The position numbers and the translations under genes are program-made. A stretch of DNA of 64,000 nt from Heterodontus francisci. Taxonomy: Eukaryota. Of the stretch, positions 48,485-62,310 are shown piece by piece. The DNA is taken from the NCBI RefSeq assembly GCF_036365525.1, contig NC_090383.1:120220531-120284530 (forward strand). The letters are read 5' to 3'. The notes under the pieces were generated by a model. The model saw only the letters and a list, made by a program, of their open reading frames with translations, searched no databases and was not told the DNA's origin. The first letter of the stretch is position 1; each line of letters starts with the position of its first letter.

Positions 48485-49765
48485 AACATAGAAACTAGGA
48501 GCAGGAGTAGGCCATTCGGCCCTTCGAGCCTGCTCCGCCATTCATTATGATCATGGCTGATCATCCAACTCAGTAGCCTGTTCCAGCTTTCACCCCATAT
48601 CCTTTGATCCTTTTCACCTCAAGAGCTATATCTAACTCCTTCTTGAAAACATACAATGTTTTGGCCTCAACTGCTTTCTGTGGTAGCGAATTCCACAGGC
48701 TCACCACTCTCTGGGTGAAGAAATTTCTCATCATCTCTGTCCTGAAAAGTTTACGCCGTATCCTTAGACAATGACCCCTGGTTCTGGACTCCCCCACCAT
48801 CGGGAACATCCTTCTTGCATCTGCCCTGTCAAGTCCCATTAGAATTTTATAGGTTTCTATGAGATCCCCCCTCACTCTGCTGAACTCCATTGAATATAAT
48901 CCTAACCGACTCAATCTCTCCTCATACGTCAGTCCCGCCATCCCAGGAATCAGTCTGGTAAACCTTCGCTGCACTCTCTCTATAGCAAGAACATCCTTCC
49001 TCAGATAAGGAGACCAAAACTGCACACAATATTCCAGGTGTGGCCTCACCAAGGCCCTGTATAATTGCAGCAAGACATCGGCACAGTGGCGCAGTGGTTA
49101 GCACCGCAGCCTCACAGCTCCAGGGACCCGGGTTCGATTCCGGGTACTGTCTGTGTGGAGTTTGCAAGTTCTCCCTGTGTCTGCGTGGGTTTTCTCCGGG
49201 TGCTCCGGTTTCCTCCCACAAGCCAAAAGACTTGCAGGTTGATAGGTAAATTGGCCATTATAAATTGTCACTAGTATAGGTAGGTGGTAGGGAAATATAG
49301 GGACAGGTGGGGATGTTTGTTAGGAATATGGGATTAGTGTAGGATTAGTATAAATGGGTGGTTGATGTTCGGCACAGACTCGGTGGGCTGAAGGGCCTGT
49401 TTCAGTGCTGTATCTCTAATCTAATCTAATCCCTGCTCCTGTACACAAATCCTCTCGCTATGAAAGCCAACATACCATTTGCCTTTTTTACTGCCTGTTG
49501 CACCTGCATGCTTACCTTCAGTGACTGGTGTATGAGAATACCCAGGTCTCGCTGCATATTCCCCTCTCTCAGTTTATAGCCATTCAGATAATAATCTGCC
49601 TTCCTGTTTTTGCTACCAAAATGGATAACCTCACATTTATCCACATTATACTGCATCTGCCATGCATTTGCCCACTCACTCAACTTGTCCAAATCACCCT
49701 GAAGCCTCTCTGCATTCTCCTCACAACTCACCCTCCCACCCAGTTTTGTGTCATCTGCAAATTGG
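48485..49765 (-). mobile_element. CR1 3' fragment interrupted by a SINE
   Basis: ORFs 49426-49731 and 48570-49073 are consecutive CR1 RT pieces. Confidence 0.85.
49080..49430 (+). mobile_element. Full V-SINE/HE1-like SINE
   Basis: Pol III A/B boxes (tggcgcagtggttag, ggttcgattcc), V-core and (CTAAT)n tail. Confidence 0.85.
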
Positions 49766-50632
49766 GAGAGGTTTACGGATGCTGCAGATTGTCGCCCTGC
49801 TGCTGAACTTGTTGGGGAAGGTAGTAATACACTGTAAAAATATTATCATGTGCAAAAGCAAAATACTGCAGATGCTGGAAATCCGAAATAAAAAACGAAA
49901 ATTCTGTAAATATTCAGCAGGTTTAGCAGCATCTGTGGAGAGAGAAACAGAGTTAACATTTCATTTGATGACCTTTCAGATGAAACGTTAACATTATTTT
50001 TATGCAGCCAAGAAAACTGCAAGAAATCTGTGCAGCCTGTGAGAAACAGAACAGATCTAGCAAGCCGCACATTTACCTGGGCCTCAGCTGTGCCTAATTC
50101 CAATCGTCACGGTAACTTCTTCAGTCCAGGTGATGTAATTGTCTGTGCAGTCGGTGACTAATGTGGCCACAGCTGGGGTGCGTATAGAATTCACAAATGA
50201 TGAGCGATCACGATCCTATTTTAGAAATTACTTGGGTATATTCTCGGTGAAAGAGATGTTGGTGGAAATTCCCCAAAAGATGTAAATGTGGGAAAGAAAT
50301 GAAATCAGGTTTGATTGCTGTTGAGCCCCACTGGGTGGTCTAATAGAGTTAGTGGTCAGTACTGAGCCCCAGGGTGTTGATGGTGGGGAAATCAAGGATT
50401 TATTGAAAGCAGACTTTCATTTCCAGTTTCTGTTCTGTTATTTTTCTTCAATACTAATTCAATTTCTCAAACTGTCATGGTGAGATTTGAATCTATTCCG
50501 ATAATATAACCACCAAACTACTGTACCTGTTTTCAGAGCACAGGATGCAGTGTAGAGAGGATGAACTGAGGAGACAGGAGTAGAGGGAGCCGGAAAGACT
50601 GAAGGATCAAGGGAACTGGTGAGACAGAAGAG

Positions 50633-50634
<2 letters not shown>

Positions 50635-50670
<36 letters not shown>
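50635..50670 (+). repeat. (AAAG)n/(AG)n microsatellite
   Basis: Directly visible. Confidence 0.8.
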
Positions 50671-51780
50671 TGTGCAGAGCAGGCAGGAATAGTAAGGGAA
50701 GAGAGACTGATAATACGGAGATAACAAACTGAGTTATAGAAAGAGGGCAGAATTGGGACCAGACACCGATGGGGTCTGACTCCTGCCAGCCTGCGTGATC
50801 TTCCCAGAGCCCCATGCAATTAGAGCCAGTGGATGGGCTGCACAGGTTGGAGGTACAATCAGACTCTGGGCAGCTGGCAGCCTCACTGGGAGAGGTGGGT
50901 GCTGCCAATGTAGGTGGGAGATGGAGGCTCCCTCTGTAGAGTTCTTAAATTGTTCAAAGTAAGTGTAAAGTAAGCTACCAGGTCAACATTTTGGAGGGGT
51001 GACAGGATGACCTGCAGCCATAGCTACAGCCCTCTCGCACTTGCAGTACCGGGAGGTAAGGGGGTGTATTTAAAGGCAGCTTCACTGGCCCAAGGCCTGC
51101 TCTGAGCGGACGCCTCCAAGTACCTGCCGGGCTTCGGCCTTCGTGGAGGCCTGTCCACTGACAGGAAGATCGCTCGGAGGCAGGAACACATCAGGGAGCT
51201 GCCCAGACATGAGATTTCCCAAATTTACTCCCTGTCCCCACTCCAAACCCATCTCCATGGGACGGGGAAGATTCCATCCAGAAAGAACAGAGTGGACAGG
51301 TTTAAACAGTTGGCTGATCCAATAACGTCAGACCTCTGACCAGTGAGGAAACTTAGAATCAACCTCCCCTAAAATGTGATAAAGACATGAGAATAGAAAA
51401 TAAATTTGTGCAGATAAGAAATGCAAACAGACTTAAAATTCTTCATGGATTCTGGATAAATGTTGTGGACTTTCAAAAGGCATCTGACAAAGCATCATAC
51501 AATAAACTAATTAACAAAATAAAATCCCACAGAATAAACAGACTGTGGCAACGTGGATATAAAATTGTCTATGGGGCAGAAAGGGGAGAGTAGAGCTGAA
51601 CAGTTATTTTCCAAAATGGAAGGAAATATACTGTGGTTAGCCCCAATGGTTAGTGTTGGGAACACTGCTCATTTTAATATATATTACAGACCCGAACCTG
51701 GCTGTGCAGGAAATAATTTCAACGTTTGCAGATGATGCAAATTTTAAAATGCAGTAAACAATGAGGAGGATAGTAACAGA

Positions 51781-52570
51781 AATAGAAACAGAAAAGGCTG
51801 GAAATACTCAGCAGGTCCAGCAGCATCTGTGGAAAGAGAAACAGAGTTAACATTTCATGTCAGTGACCTTTCATCAGAACTGGCAAAGGCTAGAAATGTA
51901 ATAGGTTTTAAGCAAGTGAAGCAGGAGTTGGGGGAGCGGGGTGTGGAGAAGAGAACAAAAGGGAAGGTGTGTGATAGGGCAGAAGGCCAGAGAGATTAAA
52001 TGACAAAGATGTCATCAGACAAAGGCAAAATGAGTGCTAATGGTGTGGTGAAAGACAAAGCATTAGTGCTGAGAGTGTATTAATGACAGAATAATGAACA
52101 GCTCCTTCCAAAAGCACAAACATGAAAAAACAAGTTTAAGGCAGGCAGATGGTTAAAATAGAATAAAATAAAACAAAATCATAATAAAAAAAAAGGCCAG
52201 TCATGCTCTGAAATTATTGAACTTAATGTTTAGTCCGGTAAACTGTAGAACGCCCAATCGGAAAATGAGATGATGTTCCTTGAGCTTGTGTTGATGTTCA
52301 CTGGAACACTGCAACAGGCCGAGGACAGAAATGTGGGCATGGGAGTAGGGTGGTGAATTGAAATGGCAAGCAACCGGAAGCTCAGGCTCATGCTATTACA
52401 TTAACCCCCTATTTACCTATTACATTTCTAACCTTTGCCAGTTCTGATAAAAGGTCATAGACCTGAAACGTTAACTCTGCTTCTCTCTCCACAGATGCTG
52501 CCAGACCTGCTGAGTATTTCCAGCACTTTCTGTTTTTATTTCAGATTTCCAGCATCTGCACTAATTTGCT
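51781..52570. mobile_element. Penelope-like element remnant with inverted terminal repeats
   Basis: ~51781-51905 is the reverse complement of ~52420-52545. Confidence 0.65.
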
Positions 52571-52619
52571 CTTATATTAGGATAATAACAGACTTCAGGA
52601 CAGCATAGTAATATAGTTT

Positions 52620-53440
52620 AGGATAGTAACAGCAGGGCATGGATAGACTGGTGAAATGCGCACATATATGTATGATTACATTTAATACAGAGAATTATGA
52701 AGTGACACATTTTGGTAGGAATAATGAGGGATAGCAATATAGATTCAATGGTACAATTGTAAAGGGAGTGCAGGAACAGAGAGACCTGGCGGTGTATGTA
52801 TGAAAGCCTTTGGAGGTGGTAGGACAAGTATATGAGATCCTTGGCTTTATTGATAGAGGCACAGAGTACAAAAGCAAGCAAGTTACCATAAACCTTAATA
52901 AAACACTGATTCATCCCAGCTGATGTATTGTGTTCAACTCTGGGCATCACAATTTAGGAAGCTTGTCAAGACTTTGGTGAGAGTGTAGAAGAGATTTACT
53001 AGAATGGTGACAAGGATGAGGGATTTCAGTTCTGTGGGGAGACTGGTGAACCTTGGATTGTTCTCCTTAGAAGAGAGAAGGTGAAGAGGAGATTTGATAG
53101 AGGTGTTCAAAATCATGAAGGGTTTTGATTGAGTAAAAGAGAAACTGTTTCCAATGGGAGGTGAATTGGGAACCAGGGGAGACAGATTGAAGGTGATTGG
53201 CAAAAGAACCAGAAACACCATGAGGAAATGTCTTTTTATCCAGTGTGTGGTTGTGATCTGAATGCACTGCCTAAAAGGCAGTGGAAGCCAATTCAATAGT
53301 AACTTTTAAAAGAGAATTGGATCAATATTGAATTGAAAAGAATTACAGGTTTCTGGGGAAAGAGAAGGTGGTGTAGAAGCTGTAGCCTGCACAGACGTGA
53401 TTGGTCGAATGGTTTTCTTTTGTCTTGTCTCATTCTATTA
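52620..53440 (+). mobile_element. Degenerate CR1 3' fragment
   Basis: CR1 RT C-terminal nucleotide motifs (ggagatttgatagaggtgttcaaaatcatg). Confidence 0.7.
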
Positions 53441-55594
53441 TTGTAGGACTGGTTGTGAAGCACTTTGGAACGAGTTGAGGTCAGGACAGTCGATATATAA
53501 ATGGAAGTTTTTCTTTACTGGGCTGTCCTTGTGCCTAGTTGGGTTCGAGAGAGAAGAGATTAAAAAAGGAAAGAAGGTAATGAATGTTGTAACACAACAC
53601 AGGAGATCCAGTTGAACTGGTCAAAGTCCTCCTGGAGACTCAAACCACTTGTGACACTAGCCCTTCCATTTCCTCCCCATTCCAAAGCACAGAGATCTTT
53701 CTCCAGGAGCACTGTATAAATACAGGTTGATTTTCTATTGATCCTCTGTCTGCTGTTATTGTTACTTTGTCAGCAGCTTTATCATCTCTGTTTATTCTGT
53801 AAGCTTTAGGCATTTTAATAGAGTGAGCTCACATGGATGACATTCGTCAAATAGTTGTTGTAATACCAAATTAGAGGTCATGAGTTCAAATCAATTATGA
53901 AATTATAATTTAATATCTGGGTAATTTATGCACTGGCACCAGAAAAAGGAGCATGAAAGCTGCTGGATTTTTATAAAAACCCACCTGGTTCAATAATGTC
54001 CTTCAGGGATGGCTGAGCCACCTCAAATTGTTCCAAACCACATGTGACTCCCATCCAGCACTACATTGTTGACTCAATGCAACCGGCAACTAAGGATGGG
54101 AAAGAAATAATTCCTCGGCAGTGTCACCCATACCCAAGCACAAGGATATAAAATATGATATAACACCTTCCAGACCCTCAGGTCACCCTGTGATGTCCTG
54201 GGGACTTAAGTGAGCTTTAGCTGAGTTTAATATAAGGTATGAGGCAAAGACAGAGAGACAAAGACTGCAGCAGCTGAACATAATGGTTTCTTCTTTTATT
54301 CTCTCAGTTTCACTTTCTGTTTGTGGGCGTGTGTATTGTACAGCAGCCTCTGGAGTACACAATGCACAATGAAATTGCAATTTCAAAATACTACAACACT
54401 ACCCAACTCAATGCACTTCTCAGCCAATGAACTACATTTGAATTGCAGTCATTGTTGCTGTGTATGAAAACAGTGAATAATTTATGCACAGCAAGATCCC
54501 ACAAACAGCAATGAGAGAAACAATTAGATAAAGTGTTTTAACGATGTTGGTTGAGGGCTGAATATTAGCCAGGAAACCGGGAGAACTTCCCAGATCAGCT
54601 TCAAATCTTGATCTGGTACCTTTTACATGACCTGAACAGACAAAGCCTTAATTTAACATTTCAATCAACCAGCATGATCTCTGATAACACCACACTGACT
54701 CAGTACTGCACTGAAGTACCAACCTGATCTCACACAAACAGACACAGCCCTGGTATTTATGGGGAGGTGGAGAGAGTGCAGGGGAGGATGAGCACGGATG
54801 GAAAATTTGGCAAGAGTCAGATGTGGGGGTCCAGCTGAACCTAACAGGAAAACCACATTCTCCTTATTAGATCCATTTCCCGCTGGGCAGATGGGCAAAT
54901 GGACCGAGCGCTGAGAGTGAACAGCAAAGCTAGGAGGACACAGCTGACAACACTCGGGGACTGTGCCTACCAATGGGGAGGGGAAGAAAGAGAGGCTGCA
55001 ATCAGGGTGTGGTGGGGGGTGCAGTGGGGAGGAGGAGAGAGAGAATCCATGATCAGGAGTGAGGTAGGAGAGAGGGGCGTGGACAGGGCCCTCAGTAGGG
55101 GCAGAGACAGAGAGAGAATGAGGGGTAGAGGCTGCAGTTAAGGCTGTTGCGAGGAAGGAGTGAGAGAGAGAGAGAACCAACTGATAATCTGAATGGGAAG
55201 GTGGAAGGGAGAGAGAGAGAGACCACAAACAGGAGGGGGAAAGAGAGACCATGATTTGGTTGGGAAACAGGGAGAAAGGCTGTGATTGGGAAGGTGAATA
55301 CTGCAATACTGGAGTGTAACAAGGAGAGGCTGCGATTGATTTTGGGGTGAAGCAGAGAGCCCATGATTAGAAGGGCATTACTGGATTCTGTGTATGAGTG
55401 TGAAATATTGTCCCATTTGTTTACACACTCATTTATTCAATTAAACGCAAATTGAATGTAGCTCAGATTTTACCCTCTATTCTATTGTTAAAACACAATT
55501 CTGTAAAAGAAACTGTTTAGAAAGCATTTATTTAAATGAGATGCTTGTATAGTATTATTTGGAATAAAATCAATGTAATATAGAAAGTACTTAC

Positions 55595-55948
55595 TGGTTA
55601 CATTCAGCCGGGTCCCTTTTCCAAGGAGTTTCCCCCAAATCCCACAGATATAGACAGTGCTGTCACTGAGCTGTGTGTCTGTGATGGTCAGAATGTAACT
55701 GTTATTGACAACATCTCTGGAAGGCTGAAACCGCAGAGACAATCCTTTTGATCGGTAAACCTGGTCATTTACAAAAAGACTCAATATTACGTGACTCTTA
55801 TTTTCTGGATGATACCAGTGTGCAGTATATTTCTCCACAGTGTAATTTGAGTTGCTGCTCTGTAAGTCACAGCGAAACTTCACTGTTCCACCCTTGGACA
55901 CCTTCACAACATCTGGGGATTGGATAAGAACTGTACTTGCCTCCAGAC
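55595..55948 (-). CDS. Exon 2: germline-joined VJ-type Ig V-set domain (V1)
   Basis: Acceptor ttttctattcacAG, 354 nt, phase 1-1, GTAAGT donor. Translation GLEASTVLIQSP..KFRC..HWY..DSTVYICGIWGKLLGKGTRLNVT has B-strand Cys, C-strand Trp, D-x-x-x-Y-x-C and a J-like GxGT. Confidence 0.92.
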
Positions 55949-56554
55949 CTGTGAATAGAAAATAACTGAAAATCAGAACAAATGAGGAACAACAAAATAT
56001 AACTTGAAACTGAATCTATTATCAAATCTTGGAAATGTTTATAAATAGATATGTATTCTCATCACTAATTTGTAGCCTAGTTGTTTAAACATATCCCGAA
56101 CTTCGCTCTTTCACATTGGACTGTCCTGACCAACAGTATCAGCCGAGCTTTATGTCCTCAAGTCTCTGGAGTGGGATTTGAACTGAGCCCTAGCTGACAC
56201 ACAGTGGGACGGGGTCTGGAGTGGAACCATCAGCTGGAGGCAAATCTGACACCAAACGTGTGCTGGTTTGGATGGGTGCCTGCAGAGCTCCGAGCTATGA
56301 ACAGAGCAGGTTCAGCCAGGAACAGTGCTGTTTCTGCATGTTAAGGGTGGACTAAGTTTAAATTGTTAATGTAAACGGTGAACAGCAGTAGTCCCAGCAC
56401 TGACCCTTGTGGAACCCCACTTCTAGCTAAACTAAAAGCAAAACACTATAGATGCTGGAAATCTGAAATAAAAACAGAGTGCTGGAAATACTCAGCAGGT
56501 CTGGCAGTATATGTGGAGAGAGAAACGGTCTGTGACCCTTCATCAGAACATCAT

Positions 56555-57382
56555 GGTTAACAGGTAGAGAGCAGAGACTAGAAATAACTGGTCATTCTCG
56601 CGTTGGCAGGCTGTGACTAGTGGGGTACTGCAGTGATCAGTGCTTAGGCCCCAGCTGTTCACAATATATATCAATGATTTGGATGTGGGGACCAAATGTA
56701 ATATTTCCAAGTTAGCGGATGACACAAAACTAGGTAGGAATGTGTGTTGTGAAGAAGATGCAAAGCGTCTTCAAGGAGATTTGTACAGATTTAGTGAATG
56801 GGCAAGAACGTGGCAGTGGAATATAAGGTGGAAAATGTGAGGTTATTCACTTTGGTAGGAGGAATAGATGTGCAGAGTATTTCTTAAATGGTAAGAGATT
56901 AGAAAGTAGATGCACAAAGGGACCTGGGTGTCTTTGTCAATGAGACACTGAAAGCTAACATGCAGGTGCAGCAAGCAATTAAGAAGGCTAATGGTATGTT
57001 AACCTTTATTGCAAGAGGATTTGAATACAGGAGTAGTGAAGTCTTGCTTCAGTTGTATAGAACCTTGGTTAGACCGCACTTGGAGTACTGTGTGCAGTTT
57101 TGGTCCCCTTACCTTGGGAAGGATATTATTGCCATAGAGGGAGTAGAACAAAGGGTCACCAGACTTGTTCCCAGGATGGCAGGACTGTCCTATGAAGAGA
57201 GATTGGGGAATCTGGGCCTGTATTCTCTAGAGTTTTGAAGAATGAGAGGTGATCTCATTGAAACCTACAAAATACTTAAAGGGATAGACAGGGTAGATGC
57301 AGCTAAGACGTTTCCCCTGGTTGGATGGCGGGACAGGCCCGATGGACTGAATGGCCTACTCCTGTTCCTATGTTCCTATGTC
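56555..57382 (+). mobile_element. CR1 3' fragment
   Basis: LFTIYINDLD..KLADDTKLG; LVRPHLEYCVQFWSP. Confidence 0.85.
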
Positions 57383-58169
57383 CTACGATTGGGCTCATGT
57401 CGAAGAACCCGTTAAGTAGAAACATCTCCATTGCATCATACAAGAGAGTGCAGCACACCAGGCTAACAGCAAAGAGACTCACAGAAAAGGGAAACTATGA
57501 GCTGAAATCTCCTCCAATTGGGGAATTAGCTGCACTGGGGGAATGTCTCCCACTATTGTGAATCCACTGCTAATTGTCATTCTCTTTCCCTCTCAGCAGC
57601 TGGGTATCAGAGAATCTCACTTCTACAGAGGGCAACCCCCTGCAAACACTCAATCACCTTCTTCATCCAAAATCACTATGGTAACTCCCATTGCCTGACA
57701 CAAGGGCCACTGCTAGTCTTCATGGACACTTCATTTAAAGGGACCTACGCATCTCAGCATGTACTTAGGAATTGGTCACATTCCTTACAGAGCAGGTGGT
57801 GGTGGTGTAGTGGTAATGTTTATTAGTAACATAAAGACCTAGCTAATTCTCTGAGAATATGGCTTCAAATCCCATCACAGCAGATGGTGAAATTTGAATT
57901 CTACTAATAAACATGGAAATCATTGTCAATTGCTTTAAAAACCCCATCTGATTCACTAATGATCTTTAGGGAAGGAAATCTGCCATCCTTACCTGATCTG
58001 GCCTACAAGTGACTCCAGATCCACAGCAATATGGTTGACTTTGAAATGGCCTAGCAAGCCACTCAGTTCAAGGACAATTGGGGATGGATGTACTACCCAC
58101 ATCGCACAAACAAAAAGCAGAAAAATCTTCCCACCCGCATCTGTGACTCTTCCGATGCTCTCCATCATT

Positions 58170-61100
58170 TCAAGGGTTTCCTGGCCCTAACCCTCTCCTC
58201 TTCACTATGGACATCCAATCTCTCTGCACCTTGAACCCCCCACCAGGATGGTCTTGGGACTCGCCATTTCTTCCTTTAAGAAAGGCACAACTATTGCTAT
58301 TACTGAGACTTGGTTGAGGGAAGGGCATGATTGGCAACTAAATATCCCAGGATATCGATGCTTCAGGCGGGATAGAGAGGGAGGTAAAAGGGGTGGAGGA
58401 GTTGCATTACTGGTGAAAGAGGATATCACAGCTGTGCTGAAGGAGGGCACTATGGAGGACTCGAGCAGTGAGGCAATATGGACAGAACTCAGAAATAGGA
58501 AGGGTGCGGTAACAATGTTGGGGCTGCACTACAGGCCTCCCAACAGCGAGCGTGAGATAGAGGTACAAATATGTAAACAGATTATGGAAAGATGTAGGAG
58601 CAACAGGGTGGTGGTGATAGGAGATTTTAATTTTCCCAACATTGACTGGGATTCGCTTAGTGTTAGAGGTCCAGATGGAGCAGAATTTGTAAGGAGCATC
58701 CAGGAGGGTTTTCTGGAGCAGTATGTAAATAGTCCAACTCGGGAAGGGGCCATACTGGACCTGGTGTTGGGGAATGAGCCCGGCCAGGTTGTTGAAGTTT
58801 CAGTAGGGGACTACTTTGGGAATAGTGATCACAATTCCGTAAGCTTTAAAATACTCATGGACAAAGACGAGAGTGGTCCTAAAGGAAGAGTGCTAAATTG
58901 GGGGAAGGCCAACTATACCAAAATTCGGCAGGAGCTGGGAAATGTAGATTGGGAGCAGCTGTTTGAAGGTAAATCCACATGTGATATGTGGGAGGCTTTT
59001 AAAGAGAGGTTGATTAGCGTGCAGGAGAGACATGTTCCTGTGAAAATGAGGGATAGAAATGGCAAGATTAGGGAACCATGGATGACAGGTGAAATTGAGA
59101 GACTAGCTAAGAGGAAAAAGGAAGCATACATAAGGTCTAGGCGGCTGATGAAAGACGAAGCTTTGAAAGAATATCGGGAATGTAGGACCAATCTGAAACG
59201 AGGAATTAAGAGGGCTAAAAGGGGTCATGAAATATCTTTAGCAAACAGGGTTAAGGAAAATCCCAAAGCCTTTTATTCATATATAAGGAGAAAGAGGGTA
59301 ACTAGAGAAAGGATTGGCCCACTGAAGGACAAAGGAGGAATGTTATGCTTGGACTCAGAGAAAATGGGTGAGATTCTAAACGAGTACTTTGCATCGGTAT
59401 TCACCGAGGAGAGGGACATGACGGATGTTGAGGTTAGGAACAGATGTTTGATTACTCTAGGTCAAGTCGGCATAAGGAGGGAGGAAGTGTTGGGTATTCT
59501 AAAGGGCATTAAGGTGGACAAGTCCCCAGGTCCGGATGGGATCTATCCCAGGTTACTGAGGGAAGCAAGAGAGGAAATAGCTGGGGCCTTAACAGATATC
59601 TTTGCAGCATCCTTAAACACGGGTGAGGTCCCGGAGGACTGGAGAATTGCTAATGTTGTCCCCTTGTTTAAGAAGGGTAGCAGGGATAATCCAGGTAATT
59701 ATAGACCGGTGAGCCTGACGTCAGTGGTAGGGAAGCTGCTGGAGAAGATACTGAGGGATAGGATCTATTCCCATTTGGAAGAAAATGGGCTCATCAGTGA
59801 TAGGCAACATGGTTTTGTGCAGGGAAGGTCATGTCTTACCAACTTAATAGAATTCTTTGAGGAAGTGACAAAGTTGATTGATGAGGGAAGGGCTGTAGAT
59901 GTCATATCCATGGACTTCAGTAAGGCGTTTGATAAGGTTCCCCATGGCAGGCTGATGGAGAAAGTGAAGGCGCTTGGGGTCCAAGGTGTACTAGCGAGAT
60001 GGATAAAGAACTGGCTGGGCAACAGGAGACAGAGAGTAGCAGTAGAAGGGAGTTTCTCAAAATGGAGACGTGTGACCAGTGGTGTTCCACAGGGATCCGT
60101 GCTGGGACCACTGTTGTTTGTGATATACATTAATGATTTGGAGGAAAGTATAGGTGGACTGATTAGCAAGTTTGCAGACGACACTAAGATTGGTGGAGTA
60201 GCAGATAGTGAAGGGGACTGTCAGAGAATACAGCAGAATATAGATAGATTGGAGAGTTGGGCAGAGAAATGGCAGATGGAGTTCAATCAGGGCAAATGCG
60301 AGGTGATGCATTTTGGAAGATCCAATTCAAGAGTGAACTATACAGTAAATGGAAAAGTCCTGGGGAAAATTGATGTCCAGAGAGATTTGGGTGTTCAGGT
60401 CCACTGTTCCCTGAAGGTGGCAACGCAGGTAAATAGAGTGGTCAAGAAGGCATACGGCATGCTTTCCTTCATCGGACGGGGCATTGAGTACAAGAGTTGG
60501 CAGGTCATGTTACAGTTGTATAGGACTTTGGTTCGGCCACATTTGGAATACTGCGTACAGTTCTGGTCGCCACATTATCAAAAGGATGTGGATGCTTTGG
60601 AGAGGGTGCAGAGGAGGTTCACCAGGATGTTGCCTGGTATGGAGGGCGCTAGCTATGAGGAGAGGTTGAGTAGATTAGGATTATTTTCATTAGAAAGACG
60701 GAGGTTGAGGGGGGACCTGATTGAGGTGTACAAAATCATGAGAGGTATAGACAGGGTGGATAGCAAGAGGCTTTTTCCCAGAGTGGGGGTTTCAATTACT
60801 AGAGGACACGAGTTCAAAGTGAAAGGGGAAAGGTTTAGGGGGGATATGCGTGGAAAGTTCTTTACGCAGAGGGTGGTGGGCACCTGGAACGCATTGCCAG
60901 CGGAGGTGGTAGATGCGGGCACGATGTAGTCTTTTAAGATGTATCTAGACAGATACATGAATGGGCAGGAAGAAAAGAGATACAGAACCTTAGAAAATAG
61001 GCGACATGTTTAGAGAGAGGATCTGGATCGGCGCAGGCTTGGAGGGCCGAAGGGCCTGTTCCTGTGCTGTAATTATCTTTGTTCTTTGTTCTAGTCCCAG

Positions 61101-62310
61101 CCCACCACCACCCTCCTCCACCTGGCTGAACATGTTCTCACATTGAACAACTTCTCCTTCAACTCCACTCACTTCCTCTGAATAAAAGGTGTTGCCATGG
61201 GTACCCACATGGGTCCCAGCTATGCCTGCCTTTTTGTGGGATATGTGGAACATTCCTTTTTCCAGTCCTACTCAGGTCCCCACCTTCACCTCTTCTTCCA
61301 GTACCTTGATGACTGTATTTATGCCATTTCCTGTTCTCGCCCTCCACTGAACAATTTCATTGACTCAGTTTCCAAGTTCCACCCTTCCCTCATCTTCACA
61401 TGGTCCATCTGCAACTCTTCCCTTCCTTGACCTCATTGTCTCCATTTCTGAGGATAAGATATCAGCAAAATTCATTAGAAGCCCATAAATTCCCACTGTT
61501 ACCTGGACTACACTCCTTCACACCTCACTTCATGCAAGGACTCTATTTCATTCTCCCATTTTCTCCATTGCTCTTGCTTCAGTTCCGATGATGCAATCTT
61601 CCATACGGGCGCCTCCGAAATATCTTCCTTTTCCCTCAACCGAGGATTCCCCCCAACCGTAGTTGACAGGTCCCTCATCTGTGTCCAATCTATTTCATAC
61701 ATTTCTGCTCTCACCCCTTCCCTTCCCTCCCAGAACACCCCCATTCAGTCCCCAAGTGTGACCCCGAGCTTCCTATTGCTTTTCATCTCAATTCTCCACT
61801 TTGCTCCCACTCTGACCTTTCTGCTTTTCTGTCCATGGCCTGCTGCAATGTTCCAATGAACACAAGCTCCAGGAACAGCACCTTATCTTTCAACTGGACA
61901 CTTTACAGCCTTCTGGACTCAACATTCAGATCAATAACTGCTGCCTCCATTTTTGTTCCCTTTATGTGTTTCTTTTCAGTTTTTTTCCTCTCTCCTTTCT
62001 TTCTGTATCTCTTTACTTTGTGTTTGGCTGATTGCTATCCTGCGATTCACACTTCATCCAGACACAACTTTTGTTTCTTCACTTGTCCCATTACCAGTCC
62101 ATTTGGCTTTGTACCATGAAACCTTTTGTCATTTAATCTCTCCTGCCCTCCGTCCAATCTCAGACCTTCCCTTTTGTTCTTCTTCCCTCCTTGTCCTTTC
62201 ACTTGCTTATAACTTATTACATTTCTAACTTTTCTCAGTCATGATCAAAGGTCACAGACCTGAAACATTAATTCTTCTTTTTCTCTCCACAGATGCTGCC
62301 TGACCTGTTT
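58170..62310 (+). mobile_element. Penelope-like RT remnant split by the CR1 insertion
   Basis: Left flank reads LFTMDIQSL..PHQDG. Right flank reads LTLNNFSFNS..KGVAMGTHMGPSYACLFVGYVE..QYLDD (PLE-type RT motifs). A terminal repeat lies at ~62220-62310. Confidence 0.75.
58290..61091 (+). mobile_element. Young 5'-truncated CR1 with near-intact EN-RT frame
   Basis: AITETW, GDFN, SDHN, KSPGPDG and FADD in one open frame up to a premature TAG at 60929; (TTCTTTG)n tail. Confidence 0.92.

Noticed and set aside
54183-54282. Second leader-like ORF (MFSCCSLCLSVFASYLILNSAKA) that could start a separate V2 gene
   Set aside because: It has no phase-1 GT donor (only a weak phase-2 GTGACC), and I found no TM exon between V1 and V2.
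45997-55948. Rearranging Ig/TCR locus with V segments
   Set aside because: Each V runs straight into a J-like strand and a splice donor. I found no heptamer/nonamer RSS, separate J or C exon.
58248-58290. N-terminus of the 893-aa ORF
   Set aside because: It derives from the flanking Penelope remnant, fused by chance to a 5'-truncated CR1.
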